Source of the DNA: Candidatus Woesearchaeota archaeon
Lineage (GTDB): Archaea; Nanobdellota; Nanobdellia; Woesearchaeales; ARS49
NCBI GenBank assembly: GCA_018302815.1
Contig: JAGVZE010000012.1
Span: forward strand, 6,010-70,009
DNA length: 64,000 nucleotides
Reading direction: 5' to 3'
Every line of letters starts with the position of its first letter. Within the stretch, counting starts at the first letter, position 1. The translations under genes and the position numbers were made by a program. Below, in pieces: positions 1 to 9,554 of this stretch. The notes beneath the pieces are model-generated. The model was not told the DNA's origin, made no database searches, and worked only from the letters and a program-made list of their open reading frames with translations.

Positions 1-2
1 TC

Positions 3-479
3 TTGCGTGATGAAACTGATCTTGTCATGTCAGTGTACCCGCAAATGCATAACGGCGGTATCGATGAAGTTATTTGGGAGTTCAAATTTCCCCGCATTGA
101 TGCATATAGGGTGAATCGCAGCGGACTATTGCTATTGTCAGATTACCGTGCGCCGATACGCAGACTTGGATTGACTGCGGCGCTTAGTACTGGCGACCCG
201 TTCGTCATTCGTCTTTGTTATACGCTCCTTCCAGTGGTTCAATTAAGCCTCTCAGACAGCAAAATAACCGACAGAGCAGTAGAAGAGCTTGTTTCTTCAG
301 GGAAACCTCTAAGGCAGTTATCTCTGAGTGGAACAATAGTAACGAATAAATCATTAGAGTATCTGGCGAGGAGTAATCTTGCGCTGGAGAAACTTGATGT
401 GCGAAGGACAAACATCGACTGGATTGCGATAGAGGATTACAAGCAGGTGAAAACTGATGTTGAAGTTTTCTATGCCTAG
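3..479 (+). CDS. C-terminal fragment of a leucine-rich-repeat-like protein (start outside window)
   Basis: Frame is open from the window edge. Periodic L-rich segments (LSLSDSKITDRAVEEL, LRQLSLSGTIVTNKSLEYL, LEKLDVRRTNIDW) resemble RNI-type LRRs. Confidence 0.4.
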   Translation: MRDETDLVMSVYPQMHNGGIDEVIWEFKFPRIDAYRVNRSGLLLLSDYRAPIRRLGLTAALSTGDPFVIRLCYTLLPVVQLSLSDSKITDRAVEELVSSGKPLRQLSLSGTIVTNKSLEYLARSNLALEKLDVRRTNIDWIAIEDYKQVKTDVEVFYA

Positions 480-524
480 TCTAAAACCGCAAAGATGAAT
501 CACCGGTATTTGAATTAAAAAGCA

Positions 525-1190
525 TTAAGGCTGATTTTGTTTTGATGGCCGTCCGGGCACATAGTGGTGTTCTCTGCATCTGGCTTCGTATTTTCTGCGG
601 TTGTTCTCCTCATCGTTGCCGTTGACAAATAGAGGGTCTGTGTAAGGTGCGGGTTGTCCGTCAAGTAATCGTTGTGTGCAGTCTGAGTTTTTGGCACATA
701 TTTTTCCTGATTCGTTTCTGTACTTGCACACTCCGTATTTGAATGAGATGTCTGAGGCGTATGGCATGAGTTCGCCGACATGCGGTCCACTTTCTTGCAT
801 GCCGAATGGAATTGGTTCACCTCTAAAACTTGTCACCAACGTGCTCGCTACGATTGTGAGTGAATTTTCACGGTTGGAAATGACTTCTTTGCAATAATCT
901 ATTATGGTTGGATCGAACATCCATACTTCGTCGATGCCTATGAGGTCGTACGCTTCTTTGCCTGCGAGTTCGCGCAGTTCTTTGCTGCTTGAGACCCGAA
1001 CTGCTGGAAGCTGCCTGCCGTTGTGCGCTCGAACGTAATCTGCGCCGAAGCGTTCATCGAAGCGCGTATCGGATGAATGTTTGAACAGTACCCATCTCGC
1101 GTCAGCGTGGATTCGTCTTTCTATTCTGGAGAGCAATTCTGAGGTTTTCTCCGCGAACATGCTTCCGACGATTAGTTCTAATCTTCCCAT
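525..1190 (-). CDS. tdk: Thymidine kinase (TK1 type)
   Basis: Start refined to the ATG at 1188-1190. MGRLELIVGSMFAEKTSEL is the TK P-loop, IGIDEVWMF is Walker-B-like, and the C-terminal Cys/His cluster (CKYRN..GKICAKNSDC..ARCREHH) is typical of the zinc-binding lasso. Confidence 0.85.
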   Translation of the reverse strand: MGRLELIVGSMFAEKTSELLSRIERRIHADARWVLFKHSSDTRFDERFGADYVRAHNGRQLPAVRVSSSKELRELAGKEAYDLIGIDEVWMFDPTIIDYCKEVISNRENSLTIVASTLVTSFRGEPIPFGMQESGPHVGELMPYASDISFKYGVCKYRNESGKICAKNSDCTQRLLDGQPAPYTDPLFVNGNDEENNRRKYEARCREHHYVPGRPSKQNQP

Positions 1191-1264
1191 GATTATGCTA
1201 AACGGTGTTGTGCTGCATAAAAAGATTCGTTGTAACAAGCTGGTGATGGTGTCGCAGTGCTCGC

Positions 1265-1768
1265 GTGCGAATCTTTATAAATCAAATACGCTCTTCAATG
1301 AATATGAAAGTGGTGCATCATGCTATGAGTCACGTGCTTATACACGCGGCGCTGTTCTCAGGATTCGCGCTTCTTGTTCCCACAGTTAGCGCGGCGTTCG
1401 AACAGAAAACGAGCCCGTGGGTTGCATCTCCTAATGTTTTCTTTGGCGGAGTGATGCTTGTCATCGTCAGCGCGTTCCTTCTTTATCGTGTCAAAGAGAC
1501 GCTCGCGGATACGCTTAAAACGCTCGGCATGACTATTTTTCTTCCTGGAGCTCTTAGCGTTGTCAGCAGTGTGCTTACGTTTCAGGATTTATTCTCTGCC
1601 AAAGGCATTTCTGGAATGACTGTCGTAAAGCCTGTGGCAGAATATTACGTGAGCCACAGCGTTCCGACCGTGCTTAGCGTGGCAGCGGTCTATCTTTTAA
1701 TAGGTGGTGTCTTGTATTGGACTGGTAACAAGATGAATCAGATTAAGAACAAGTTCTCGTTCAATTAA
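1265..1768 (+). CDS. Membrane protein, unknown function
   Basis: Hydrophobic N-terminus (HAALFSGFALLVPTVSAAF) plus several further hydrophobic helices. The true start may be an internal ATG (MNMK.. or MSHV..). Confidence 0.5.
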   Translation: MRIFINQIRSSMNMKVVHHAMSHVLIHAALFSGFALLVPTVSAAFEQKTSPWVASPNVFFGGVMLVIVSAFLLYRVKETLADTLKTLGMTIFLPGALSVVSSVLTFQDLFSAKGISGMTVVKPVAEYYVSHSVPTVLSVAAVYLLIGGVLYWTGNKMNQIKNKFSFN

Positions 1769-2118
1769 ACATATCGTATTTTGTTTCCACTATATGATTG
1801 TTTGAGAACATCCTCAAATGGCAGAAGATATTTCGGATCAAGTGCAGGCTGTTTCTTTTCACCGTCTTGCAAAGCGCATCGTGTCTGGATGATGACTGTC
1901 GAATCTACGATGTGCGAGCCGAACGTGCTTAGTATTTCGCGTAAATCGAATTGTCTTGCTATTTCATCGATTGTGATGACGCTTGTGGCTCCAATGCCGT
2001 TAGGCGCAGTGTAGCGCGGAACTGCCACTAAAAGCAGTCCGCTTGGCGTTCGCGCTATCGCCGCTTTGTGCGGTTGTTTTCCACGGAAGATGAATTCATA
2101 GACCATATCTGATGACAA
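1765..2118 (-). CDS. Hypothetical protein
   Basis: 117-aa ORF that fills the gap between neighbouring genes. No motif recognised. Confidence 0.35.
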   Translation of the reverse strand: MSSDMVYEFIFRGKQPHKAAIARTPSGLLLVAVPRYTAPNGIGATSVITIDEIARQFDLREILSTFGSHIVDSTVIIQTRCALQDGEKKQPALDPKYLLPFEDVLKQSYSGNKIRYV

Positions 2119-2134
2119 GTATAAGAAATATAAA

Positions 2135-3190
2135 TTAGTTTCTACGCCTATACTCGGGAATCCATCCTTCTTTGTCTTGGAAGAATCTTGTCGCTTTTAT
2201 TTTTTTCTCTTGTGTAAGAAAGAAACGATGATATCTTCCGGCAGGCAGTCTTAGTAAGTCCCCTATTTCAACTTCGATACGTATCCAGTGATCATTATTG
2301 TCGCGGATATCAAAAATGCCTTCTCCGTTGGTGATGAATCTGATTTCGTCCTCATGGTGTTTGTGTTCTCGTTCAAATGCGAAGAGTTTTTCTTCGATGC
2401 CTCGCACTGGTGTTATGCTGACCGTATCGAGATGATCGTATCCTGCGCTTGCAAGGTCAGTAAGGAATGTGTCTGTGCTTGTGGGTCGCAAAAGCGCTAT
2501 GCCGTGCTGGCGAAGTTCTGTTTCGGTTAATGGTGTTGCGGTGTCTAGCCTGTACGCGCGCTCATATCGACGTATTGGTTTTGAAAGATCCAGCCCTCGC
2601 GCTGATTCTTCAAGCGATATGCGGAATAGATAATCATAGCACTCCGCCTGTGTTTTGGCGTGTTCCCATGTTCTGCCCCATACATAAACTCCGTGTCCTC
2701 GAACTAATATGGCGCTCGTGTCTGTGTTTTCAGCTATTGTTTTGCCGACAACAGTTGCGAGGTCTTTTTCGTGGCTGACATTTTCAATTATTGGCACATG
2801 CAGAAGGTCGAACACGTCGTAGCCACCAATGCCCTTTTGCATCTCGATTCCGGTTATCTTAAATCGTCTGTCAAAGGCAAGCGATGCTCTTGCTGCATGG
2901 ATGCTGTGGTTGTGGATGACCGCTCCTGAGTTCGTTCGATCGTAGATCTCAAAGAATATGGGGGCGCACGCTGAGAGTGTGAGATTGTCTGGGCGTGAGA
3001 GGATGTTTCGATTGCTGTCAAGCGTGAATATTTGTTCAGGCAGTATGCATTCTTTCTGCACTCCTGATGGAGCGATGTACACTTGTTCGCCATCCTTGAT
3101 GCTGATTCCTCCTCCTGTTCCTGATACCCATCCAAGATTATAGAATGCAGCTCCAAGTTCGCAGATGAGTTGCTTAGGGTCTGTTGACAT
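2135..3190 (-). CDS. mtnBD: Fusion protein: methylthioribulose-1-phosphate dehydratase (MtnB, class II aldolase fold) + acireductone dioxygenase (ARD/MtnD cupin)
   Basis: Start refined to the ATG at 3188-3190 (MSTDPKQL). The N-terminal half has GWVSGTGGGISIK, IAPSGVQKE, VIHNHS and RGHGVYVWG (MtnB/APIP-like). The C-terminal ~110 aa has EREHKHHEDEIRFI, GDLLRLPAGRYHRF and ATRFFQDKEGWIPEYR (ARD cupin). Confidence 0.8.
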   Translation of the reverse strand: MSTDPKQLICELGAAFYNLGWVSGTGGGISIKDGEQVYIAPSGVQKECILPEQIFTLDSNRNILSRPDNLTLSACAPIFFEIYDRTNSGAVIHNHSIHAARASLAFDRRFKITGIEMQKGIGGYDVFDLLHVPIIENVSHEKDLATVVGKTIAENTDTSAILVRGHGVYVWGRTWEHAKTQAECYDYLFRISLEESARGLDLSKPIRRYERAYRLDTATPLTETELRQHGIALLRPTSTDTFLTDLASAGYDHLDTVSITPVRGIEEKLFAFEREHKHHEDEIRFITNGEGIFDIRDNNDHWIRIEVEIGDLLRLPAGRYHRFFLTQEKKIKATRFFQDKEGWIPEYRRRN

Positions 3191-3310
3191 CACGTTGTTT
3201 TCAAAAGAAGAGTATTTATTGTGTGGTGAAAGGAATATTCTGATGAGAATTGTAAACTTTCCAACAAATTCTACGCAAGAAATAAAAAGAGCACTTGCCC
3301 CAATTAAAAT

Positions 3311-3610
3311 ATGACTCAATTACAGCAAATGGATTCAACGATTGAAAGATTGCAGAAACGCATAGAACTGCTTGAACAAGAGAATGGGGCTTTGAGGAAA
3401 AAAGTGCTTATTGTTCCGTACAATGATGCTAAGACACTCATCAAGGCGACGATACGCAAATTCAAAGAAGATGGCAAAAAATATTTTAACGTTCTTGATT
3501 TGCATTTCGAAACGCATCTTTCTTTTCCTATTTTGAATAAAATCATGACTGAATTAGAAAAAAGGGGAGAGGTAAGTGATGGAACAGAGGAATTTATTAA
3601 AAACGATTGA
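3311..3610 (+). CDS. Hypothetical protein (coiled-coil N-terminus, possible winged-helix C-terminus)
   Basis: 99-aa ORF with a heptad-like IERLQKRIELLEQENGALRKK followed by ILNKIMTELEKRGEV. Confidence 0.4.
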   Translation: MTQLQQMDSTIERLQKRIELLEQENGALRKKVLIVPYNDAKTLIKATIRKFKEDGKKYFNVLDLHFETHLSFPILNKIMTELEKRGEVSDGTEEFIKND

Positions 3611-3794
3611 GTTGCCAATCATCCATAAAAAGGACGGTCGATGGATTTTGCTCAACGTCATCTGCAATGCAGAAATACTTCGCTCTGATCGCATAGATGG
3701 ACCATACGAAATTGTCGATTCTGATGCTCATCACGTAAGGCAAGTCAACGCTAAAACCAGTGTGGAATATACGCCAAAAATGTGGAAAACGTGA
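3576..3794 (+). CDS. Hypothetical small protein
   Basis: 72-aa ORF overlapping the end of the previous ORF. No motif recognised, so weak support. Confidence 0.25.
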   Translation: MMEQRNLLKTIELPIIHKKDGRWILLNVICNAEILRSDRIDGPYEIVDSDAHHVRQVNAKTSVEYTPKMWKT

Positions 3795-3798
3795 CGAT

Positions 3799-6700
3799 TC
3801 AACGCAGCTCCTTCATCTTTTCCTGCAGGAACTTCGCGATTTCATCTTCCCAATATGCAGGGACTGCTTTTGAAAATAATTCCTTGAGCCAGGCCAAAGT
3901 CTCTTTTCTGAATCCTTCTTTCTCGTCATCTATCATATGGTAGACGTCATAACGGATTTGTGGGTCGAGTTTCGCTCTTTTTGCTGCTTTGTTGAATTGG
4001 TTGATAAGGACGAGTTTAAGGTCGTCGGCTTTTACCTGCTCTTTGTCTTCTTCGTCTTTCCAGAAGTCTTCGTAGCTAAAGTCGCCCTTTCGCAAGTCAG
4101 GAAGGACCGCGAACACGAATTTGGATAGCTCCGATGGCCATTTTGTTTCAATATCAGTTCTATTCTTCTCTATGCCTTCAAGGAATTTAGGGTCGATGTT
4201 AGTTCGTTCACCGTCTATGATGCGAAGTAGCTCTGCTCGCACGTATTTTGGCGCGTCAAGCGATGTCGCTTCACTGCGCAGTTGTTCCTTGAATTCTCCT
4301 CGCGCTGCCTGTGATTTGGCGACAAATGAGGAGCCGCTCACATCTTCGATCGGTTTGCCTGTTATTTTCGCGATTATTTGTTCGTGCATTCTTCGCAAAA
4401 ATTCGTATTTGTCTTCAATTCGAAGGACGTCCATGTACCCCATAAGCGCAAGGTTCAGTGCGAAAGGTGATGGGACTGTTGTGTCCATTTCAACTACTTG
4501 GATTGTCTTGTTTTGTATTCCCTCTAGGATTTTTTTGGTGTTTTCTATGTCCATCAAATCTTCAAGGCATTCGCGTCTTGCTTCCTTGAGTATTGTGAAA
4601 TCGTTGTCGATTCGTTTGAGCGCGCTCATTAATATCATAGAACTCACCTGTTGTCTGCCAACCCGTTTCTGACGTCCGAGATAGTTGCGAAGTATCATTA
4701 GCGAGCGTGTTGCGCAGTGCCTGAATCTTCGTTTGAATACTTCGCTTTTTTCTACTGCGATGTTCATTATGAGCGAGAGCTTGTCCGGAAGCAGAAGGGT
4801 CAGCGCTTTGACAGGCCGCAAAGCTTTCGTGCCGTTGATATAGAATCCGTTGTCGTTCATTCCCAGCTCTACGTCTTTGTGCTCTGTTCTGCTCATAGCG
4901 AACGCGACCGCTCGGCTTAGACAGTCGTTCACTCGTCTGCCAAAGAGAGTGTGGAAGATTATCTTGTTGTCGCGCCCGTCGCTATAATACTCGACTAAAA
5001 TTAGTTTGTCTGTTGGCAGTTTTTTGCAGTAATCGTATTGTTCTTTGAAATATTCGTAGATTGCGTTCGCTGCTTTTTCATCGACGTAAAGGTGTTCGTT
5101 GACGAACTTGAGAATGGCGTCCCTGCTTTCACCCGCGTTGAAGCGTTCGAGCATATATCTTCTGAATCTGCCGATTTCCATCGCAAGATCAAAGCTCAAT
5201 GGTAGCATTTCTGATACCCAGTGTGGAACTGTTGGCGGTCGGTTGACTGAGGTTCCTGCTTGCGCGACCATTCCTCTTGTGAATTTGAAGATATAAGTTT
5301 CGCCTCCAAGAACGAACACATCGCCTGGCTTCAATCGTTCGACGAATCCTTCATCAAGCATTCCGACGGTTTCGGTTCCGACTTTGACTGTGATGAAGCT
5401 TTCGTCAGGGATGGTTCCGATGTTGGTCATGTAGATGACTCTGCTGAGTTTGCCTCGTTTTCCTATCTGTCCGTTCTCTCTCCATATCTTGGCGTAGATG
5501 TGCCTGTCTTCAAGCTCTGAGAATTCTCCTGCGAGATATGAGAGTACGCTGTTGTAATCACCAAGTTTTAAAGTTCTGTAACAGTAGCTTTTGCGCGTGA
5601 GTTCGTATAGCTCGCGCTCGTTCCAGTTCTGCTCTAGAGCGGCGCCGAATAGCTGCTGGGCAAGCACGTCAAGCGCATTCATTGGTATGTGCACTCTATC
5701 GATTTTCTTTTCAACTGCGCTTTTGAGGAGCACCGCGCATTCTACAAGGTCGTCTCTGTCCATGACCATTATTCGCGCTTTGACTGTTTCGTGCAGTTTG
5801 TGCCCGCTGCGCCCTGCTCGTTGCAAAAAGCGCGCAACTGACTTTGGGCTTCCAAGGCAGATGACTAGATCGATGTAGCCGATGTCGATTCCAAGTTCAA
5901 GGCTTGTGCTGCAAACGACCGCTTTGAGTTCTCCCTTGCGCAGTTTCTCTTCGATTCCAAGGCGGTTTGTTTTGCTCATGCTGCCGTGGTGCGCGCCGAT
6001 GTTTGCGGAGTATTTTGTTGGGAATTTGTGCTTTAGATGGTCGACGACACGTTCTGTCGCGCTTCTTGTGTTTGTGAAGATAAGCGTGGTCTTGTGCGCG
6101 TCAATTAATTGGTCTATTTGCTCGTACATCTTGTGGTGCATGTCCGCGTGCGTCGTCTCGATAAGGTTCTCGACTGGAGATATGACTTTGAGATCGAGCT
6201 GTTTGAGAAAATGGATGTCGATTATTGTGCAGGGCCGTCCTACTCCGACTAGGTACTGCGCTATTTCCTCAAGGGGCGAGACTGTGGCGGAAAGCCCGAC
6301 TCTGCATAAGTGTCCGGATAAATGCTGCAGCCGTTCTAATGACAATGACAAGTGCACTCCGCGTTTATTTTCGGCGAGCGCGTGGATTTCATCTACTATG
6401 ACCCATTCAACATCCGTTAAGTGATCGCGAAATTTTATGCTTGCGAGCATTATCGCAAGGCTTTCAGGAGTTGTTATCAGTATGTGCGGCGGTTTTGCCA
6501 GCATTTTGCTTTTTTCTGATTGAGTAGTGTCGCCTGTTCGAACGCCAACGCGTATTCCCAGCGCTTTGCCAGCTATTGATTCTATCTGTTCAAGCGGTTC
6601 TTTGAGATTTTTTGATATGTCGTTATTAAGCGCTTTGAGTGGCGAGATATAGATTGCGTAGACTTTGTCTTTGAGTATTCCTTTTTCTGCGCTGTCGACT

Positions 6701-6930
6701 AGTTCATTTAGCACTGAAAGAAAGCCAGTGAGCGTCTTTGTGGCTCCTGTCGGCGCGGATACTATGACATTGTTTCGCGAGTGTATCTCGAAGACGCCAA
6801 AAAGCTGGGGCAAGGAAAAGCTTGTGAACCTGCTGAAGAACCATTTATTTATTGTTGGGTTGAGTATGCCCTCTATCTCTTCTTTGGTATTGGGATTTTC
6901 CTTCCACTTCATCAATAAATTAGTATCCAT
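3799..6930 (-). CDS. lhr: Lhr-like large ATP-dependent superfamily-2 helicase
   Basis: Carries SF2 motifs: I APTGATKT (atypical), II VDEIHAL, III GLSATV and VI QRAGRSGH. The long Lhr-type C-terminal region gives 1043 aa in total. Confidence 0.9.
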   Translation of the reverse strand: MDTNLLMKWKENPNTKEEIEGILNPTINKWFFSRFTSFSLPQLFGVFEIHSRNNVIVSAPTGATKTLTGFLSVLNELVDSAEKGILKDKVYAIYISPLKALNNDISKNLKEPLEQIESIAGKALGIRVGVRTGDTTQSEKSKMLAKPPHILITTPESLAIMLASIKFRDHLTDVEWVIVDEIHALAENKRGVHLSLSLERLQHLSGHLCRVGLSATVSPLEEIAQYLVGVGRPCTIIDIHFLKQLDLKVISPVENLIETTHADMHHKMYEQIDQLIDAHKTTLIFTNTRSATERVVDHLKHKFPTKYSANIGAHHGSMSKTNRLGIEEKLRKGELKAVVCSTSLELGIDIGYIDLVICLGSPKSVARFLQRAGRSGHKLHETVKARIMVMDRDDLVECAVLLKSAVEKKIDRVHIPMNALDVLAQQLFGAALEQNWNERELYELTRKSYCYRTLKLGDYNSVLSYLAGEFSELEDRHIYAKIWRENGQIGKRGKLSRVIYMTNIGTIPDESFITVKVGTETVGMLDEGFVERLKPGDVFVLGGETYIFKFTRGMVAQAGTSVNRPPTVPHWVSEMLPLSFDLAMEIGRFRRYMLERFNAGESRDAILKFVNEHLYVDEKAANAIYEYFKEQYDYCKKLPTDKLILVEYYSDGRDNKIIFHTLFGRRVNDCLSRAVAFAMSRTEHKDVELGMNDNGFYINGTKALRPVKALTLLLPDKLSLIMNIAVEKSEVFKRRFRHCATRSLMILRNYLGRQKRVGRQQVSSMILMSALKRIDNDFTILKEARRECLEDLMDIENTKKILEGIQNKTIQVVEMDTTVPSPFALNLALMGYMDVLRIEDKYEFLRRMHEQIIAKITGKPIEDVSGSSFVAKSQAARGEFKEQLRSEATSLDAPKYVRAELLRIIDGERTNIDPKFLEGIEKNRTDIETKWPSELSKFVFAVLPDLRKGDFSYEDFWKDEEDKEQVKADDLKLVLINQFNKAAKRAKLDPQIRYDVYHMIDDEKEGFRKETLAWLKELFSKAVPAYWEDEIAKFLQEKMKELR

Positions 6931-7045
6931 ATGGAAAATAATAAGCAGTGCTTATCCTCACAGCACCTATCAAAATAACGGTTTAAAAAACTTTGCCGAG
7001 CGATGATTCATCAAATTTTTATATCAGTCAATCCAACCGCGAATA

Positions 7046-7336
7046 GTGGACTACGTTATCTGCGCCCCGCAGGGTAAAGCGATGAGCTATGAGGGACAAA
7101 GGTCTCTTGAGCGCATAATCGCTCTTCGCGGCGTGCAAGTCATCCAGCGCGAATTTTTCAGTGCGATAATAACGTATGCGGGTTCTGATTTTGAGATAAA
7201 GCGTCTATCTAACGCGAAAGAGGTTTCGATAATGCCTCGCAAGCAATATGATGAGTTGATGCGGTTGAAACAAGCAATGCTCTTTTCAAACGCGAATAAT
7301 GATGAATACGGATTCCATTTGCATGGCGAGTTCTAA
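7046..7336 (+). CDS. Hypothetical protein
   Basis: 96-aa ORF in an otherwise empty interval. No motif recognised. Confidence 0.3.
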   Translation: MDYVICAPQGKAMSYEGQRSLERIIALRGVQVIQREFFSAIITYAGSDFEIKRLSNAKEVSIMPRKQYDELMRLKQAMLFSNANNDEYGFHLHGEF

Positions 7337-7890
7337 ATTTGAATTAGTATCATAAGAAGTGCCGAAGGTATCATTGCCGCAAGATACGCTGCTTTGTTCC
7401 ATTGCCACACGCTATGACCATCGAACGGCGGGAACGGTATTAGATTGAAGACGGCAAGAAGAGAGTTTATTCGAAGTCCGTAAAAAACAAGTACGCTCGA
7501 TGAATAAAAGCTAAGCGCGAAAAATATCAGCGCAAGCAATAAATTGACTACCGGTCCTGCGAGCGCTATTTTTCCGTGGGTGTTGCGCGAAGCGCCGTGC
7601 ACCATTACCGCTCCTGGCGCCGCGATTATTATTCCTGTGACGCTAAGTAAAAGTCCTATAAGCAGCATCTGATCGTTTGAACGAAATTCCGCCCAGCACC
7701 GCGCTCGCTGCGCTACAAATTTGTGCGCGAGTTCGTGCAATACAAATGCTAGTCCGGCGATGAGAAGTGTAACTGGAAGTATGACTAGTGCGTTCAAGCT
7801 AAGGCCTGCGTACGCTACTGAAAACATCAAGCTTACGAAAAACCACGCGCGTGCGAGATGCGCAAGTTCTATTTTTGAGAATCTTAGCAT
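7333..7890 (-). CDS. Site-2 protease family (M50) membrane metalloprotease
   Basis: HExxH within a TM helix (LHELAHKF), a second M50 signature NLIPFPPFDG, and multiple TM helices. Confidence 0.7.
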   Translation of the reverse strand: MLRFSKIELAHLARAWFFVSLMFSVAYAGLSLNALVILPVTLLIAGLAFVLHELAHKFVAQRARCWAEFRSNDQMLLIGLLLSVTGIIIAAPGAVMVHGASRNTHGKIALAGPVVNLLLALIFFALSFYSSSVLVFYGLRINSLLAVFNLIPFPPFDGHSVWQWNKAAYLAAMIPSALLMILIQI

Positions 7891-8465
7891 GTCGCACTCT
7901 CTACTGAGGATGTCAGGTTTGCGAAGTAAGATATGTAGTCTGCGCTTCTATAACTGACAACTGCCTGTTCGTGATACGCTAAAGCCTGCCTCAAATCAGT
8001 GCAGGCGGAATATTCGATTGTCAGCATCGCAAGGCGCAAATCTAAATCAGCTAGTTCAACAAATTTTTTCCACGCTTGTTCTGCGACTTCAGGTGGGCAC
8101 TGAGCTGTTGTTTGTGGGAAAGGCATTGGCGCTGATACGCTGCCATTTCCTGCCAAACCTAATAGTAAATCGAATAGTTCCTGTTCCTGCAAAAAGAATC
8201 GTTCAGAATCGGTAAGTCCGAGATAATTGTAATATCGCTCACTCGCTCCTGTTCGGATTAAATCTACTGTATGCTTGAGTGTTTCTTTGCAGTCAAAACC
8301 AGCTCCTTTCGCATGGAAGCTCTCTCTAGCGACTGTCATCCTATCAAGCCGTATGTTCGCCATCGTGTTGACTACTGCGCCCGTATTGGTATGCGCTATC
8401 TGCGAGAAGAGCGCCCCTATGGATACTGCTGACACGAGAAGGAATACTAGCAGCTCTTTTTTCAT
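7884..8465 (-). CDS. Secreted hypothetical protein
   Basis: N-terminal signal peptide (MKKELLVFLLVSAVSIGALFS). Overlaps the downstream M50 gene by 7 nt, so probably co-transcribed. Confidence 0.5.
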   Translation of the reverse strand: MKKELLVFLLVSAVSIGALFSQIAHTNTGAVVNTMANIRLDRMTVARESFHAKGAGFDCKETLKHTVDLIRTGASERYYNYLGLTDSERFFLQEQELFDLLLGLAGNGSVSAPMPFPQTTAQCPPEVAEQAWKKFVELADLDLRLAMLTIEYSACTDLRQALAYHEQAVVSYRSADYISYFANLTSSVESATC

Positions 8466-8496
8466 AATAATAAAAAAAGAAAGGAAGTATAAAAAC

Positions 8497-9456
8497 CTAC
8501 GCGTGCGCGTGCTGCTCTGCGATATATTCGTTTATGGCTCGCTCTAATTTCGCAGGGTCCAAAGAGCTTCCGAATTTTCTGGGGCTTCCGCCAATGGTGT
8601 TTCCTCCGCCCCAACCTGAAGGCGAAGTCATTCCCTCTAACGCGTTAAGATAGTCATATAGCCCGTCCACTGGGAATGGGATATAAACGCTTTGGCGTGC
8701 AAGAGTGTATGTCCATTTGCCGTCTGCGCGCTGATTTAGCACTGATGCGAATGCGTGTATTCCGTCTTTCATCATTTTTAGTCGGGCGCGCGAGCCTGTT
8801 TCTTTCACAAGTTTCCAATCTTGTCCTCCGCCTATAATTTCATATCTTGTGTCGACAGGCAGTTCTTTGCCTTTGCCAAGAGTGTACTCGTCGATTCTTC
8901 TTCCGACTGCTTCTATGACTCCTTCGACTTCTTTAGGGCTTAGTTGCGGCAATCTGCCCGCCATTCTCGCGGCAGTGTACGGCTCAAAAACCCAGTCGTA
9001 TTGCCTGAGCGCTCTATCGTTTGGATCCATCGGATAACATCCTCCAGTCACATCAAGCCTGTCTGCTAGGTTGACAAGCATATTGATTAGAGGTTCGCTT
9101 CGCTCACCTCGGATGCGCTCATGGTTTCGAAGAAGCCACACTGCAAGCGAGACGTCTTGATCCGGGTCGTTCACGTAAAGATTTGCTTTCGGTATTCCTT
9201 GTTCGTCAAAGCATTCGAATAGTCCGTTCTTTATCGCGTAATGGACTTGAGCGGCAGTGCACCTTGTGCCTAGCCTGTCAACGTCTTCATGATGGTTGAA
9301 GTTCTGTCTTGGACCGCCTTCTTTTGCGTCTTGGAATCTGGGCGCTCCTCGTACGTATCCATCTAGCGCGATGGAATACGCAGGATGTGTTTCGCAGAAC
9401 TCATCCCATTGAATAACTTCTCCTGGTTTTACTATTAGGTGTATCATTGCCACCAC
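8497..9456 (-). CDS. Hypothetical protein (319 aa)
   Basis: Long ORF with ordinary composition. No family confidently recognised. Confidence 0.5.
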   Translation of the reverse strand: MVAMIHLIVKPGEVIQWDEFCETHPAYSIALDGYVRGAPRFQDAKEGGPRQNFNHHEDVDRLGTRCTAAQVHYAIKNGLFECFDEQGIPKANLYVNDPDQDVSLAVWLLRNHERIRGERSEPLINMLVNLADRLDVTGGCYPMDPNDRALRQYDWVFEPYTAARMAGRLPQLSPKEVEGVIEAVGRRIDEYTLGKGKELPVDTRYEIIGGGQDWKLVKETGSRARLKMMKDGIHAFASVLNQRADGKWTYTLARQSVYIPFPVDGLYDYLNALEGMTSPSGWGGGNTIGGSPRKFGSSLDPAKLERAINEYIAEQHAHA

Positions 9457-9494
9457 CCCAATGAGTGTTAAAATAAAGTCACATTAAATAGCTT

Positions 9495-9516
9495 TGTTGA
9501 ACAGATTTGTTCAACA
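9495..9516. promoter_or_regulatory. Perfect 9-bp inverted repeat (TGTTGAACA-GATT-TGTTCAACA) in the divergent promoter region, candidate operator
   Basis: Read directly from the sequence. It lies ~10 nt upstream of a TATA-like TTATATA (9525-9531) that precedes the TrmB-like gene. Confidence 0.6.
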
Positions 9517-9554
9517 GCACAAGAATTATATACCGCCATATATTGAACTAGAGT

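Noticed and set aside
8497-9456. Possible DHH-type phosphoesterase (NHHED, VNDPDQDVSLAV segments)
   Set aside because: The resemblance to DHH motifs is short and out of context, so I cannot support the assignment without a profile search.
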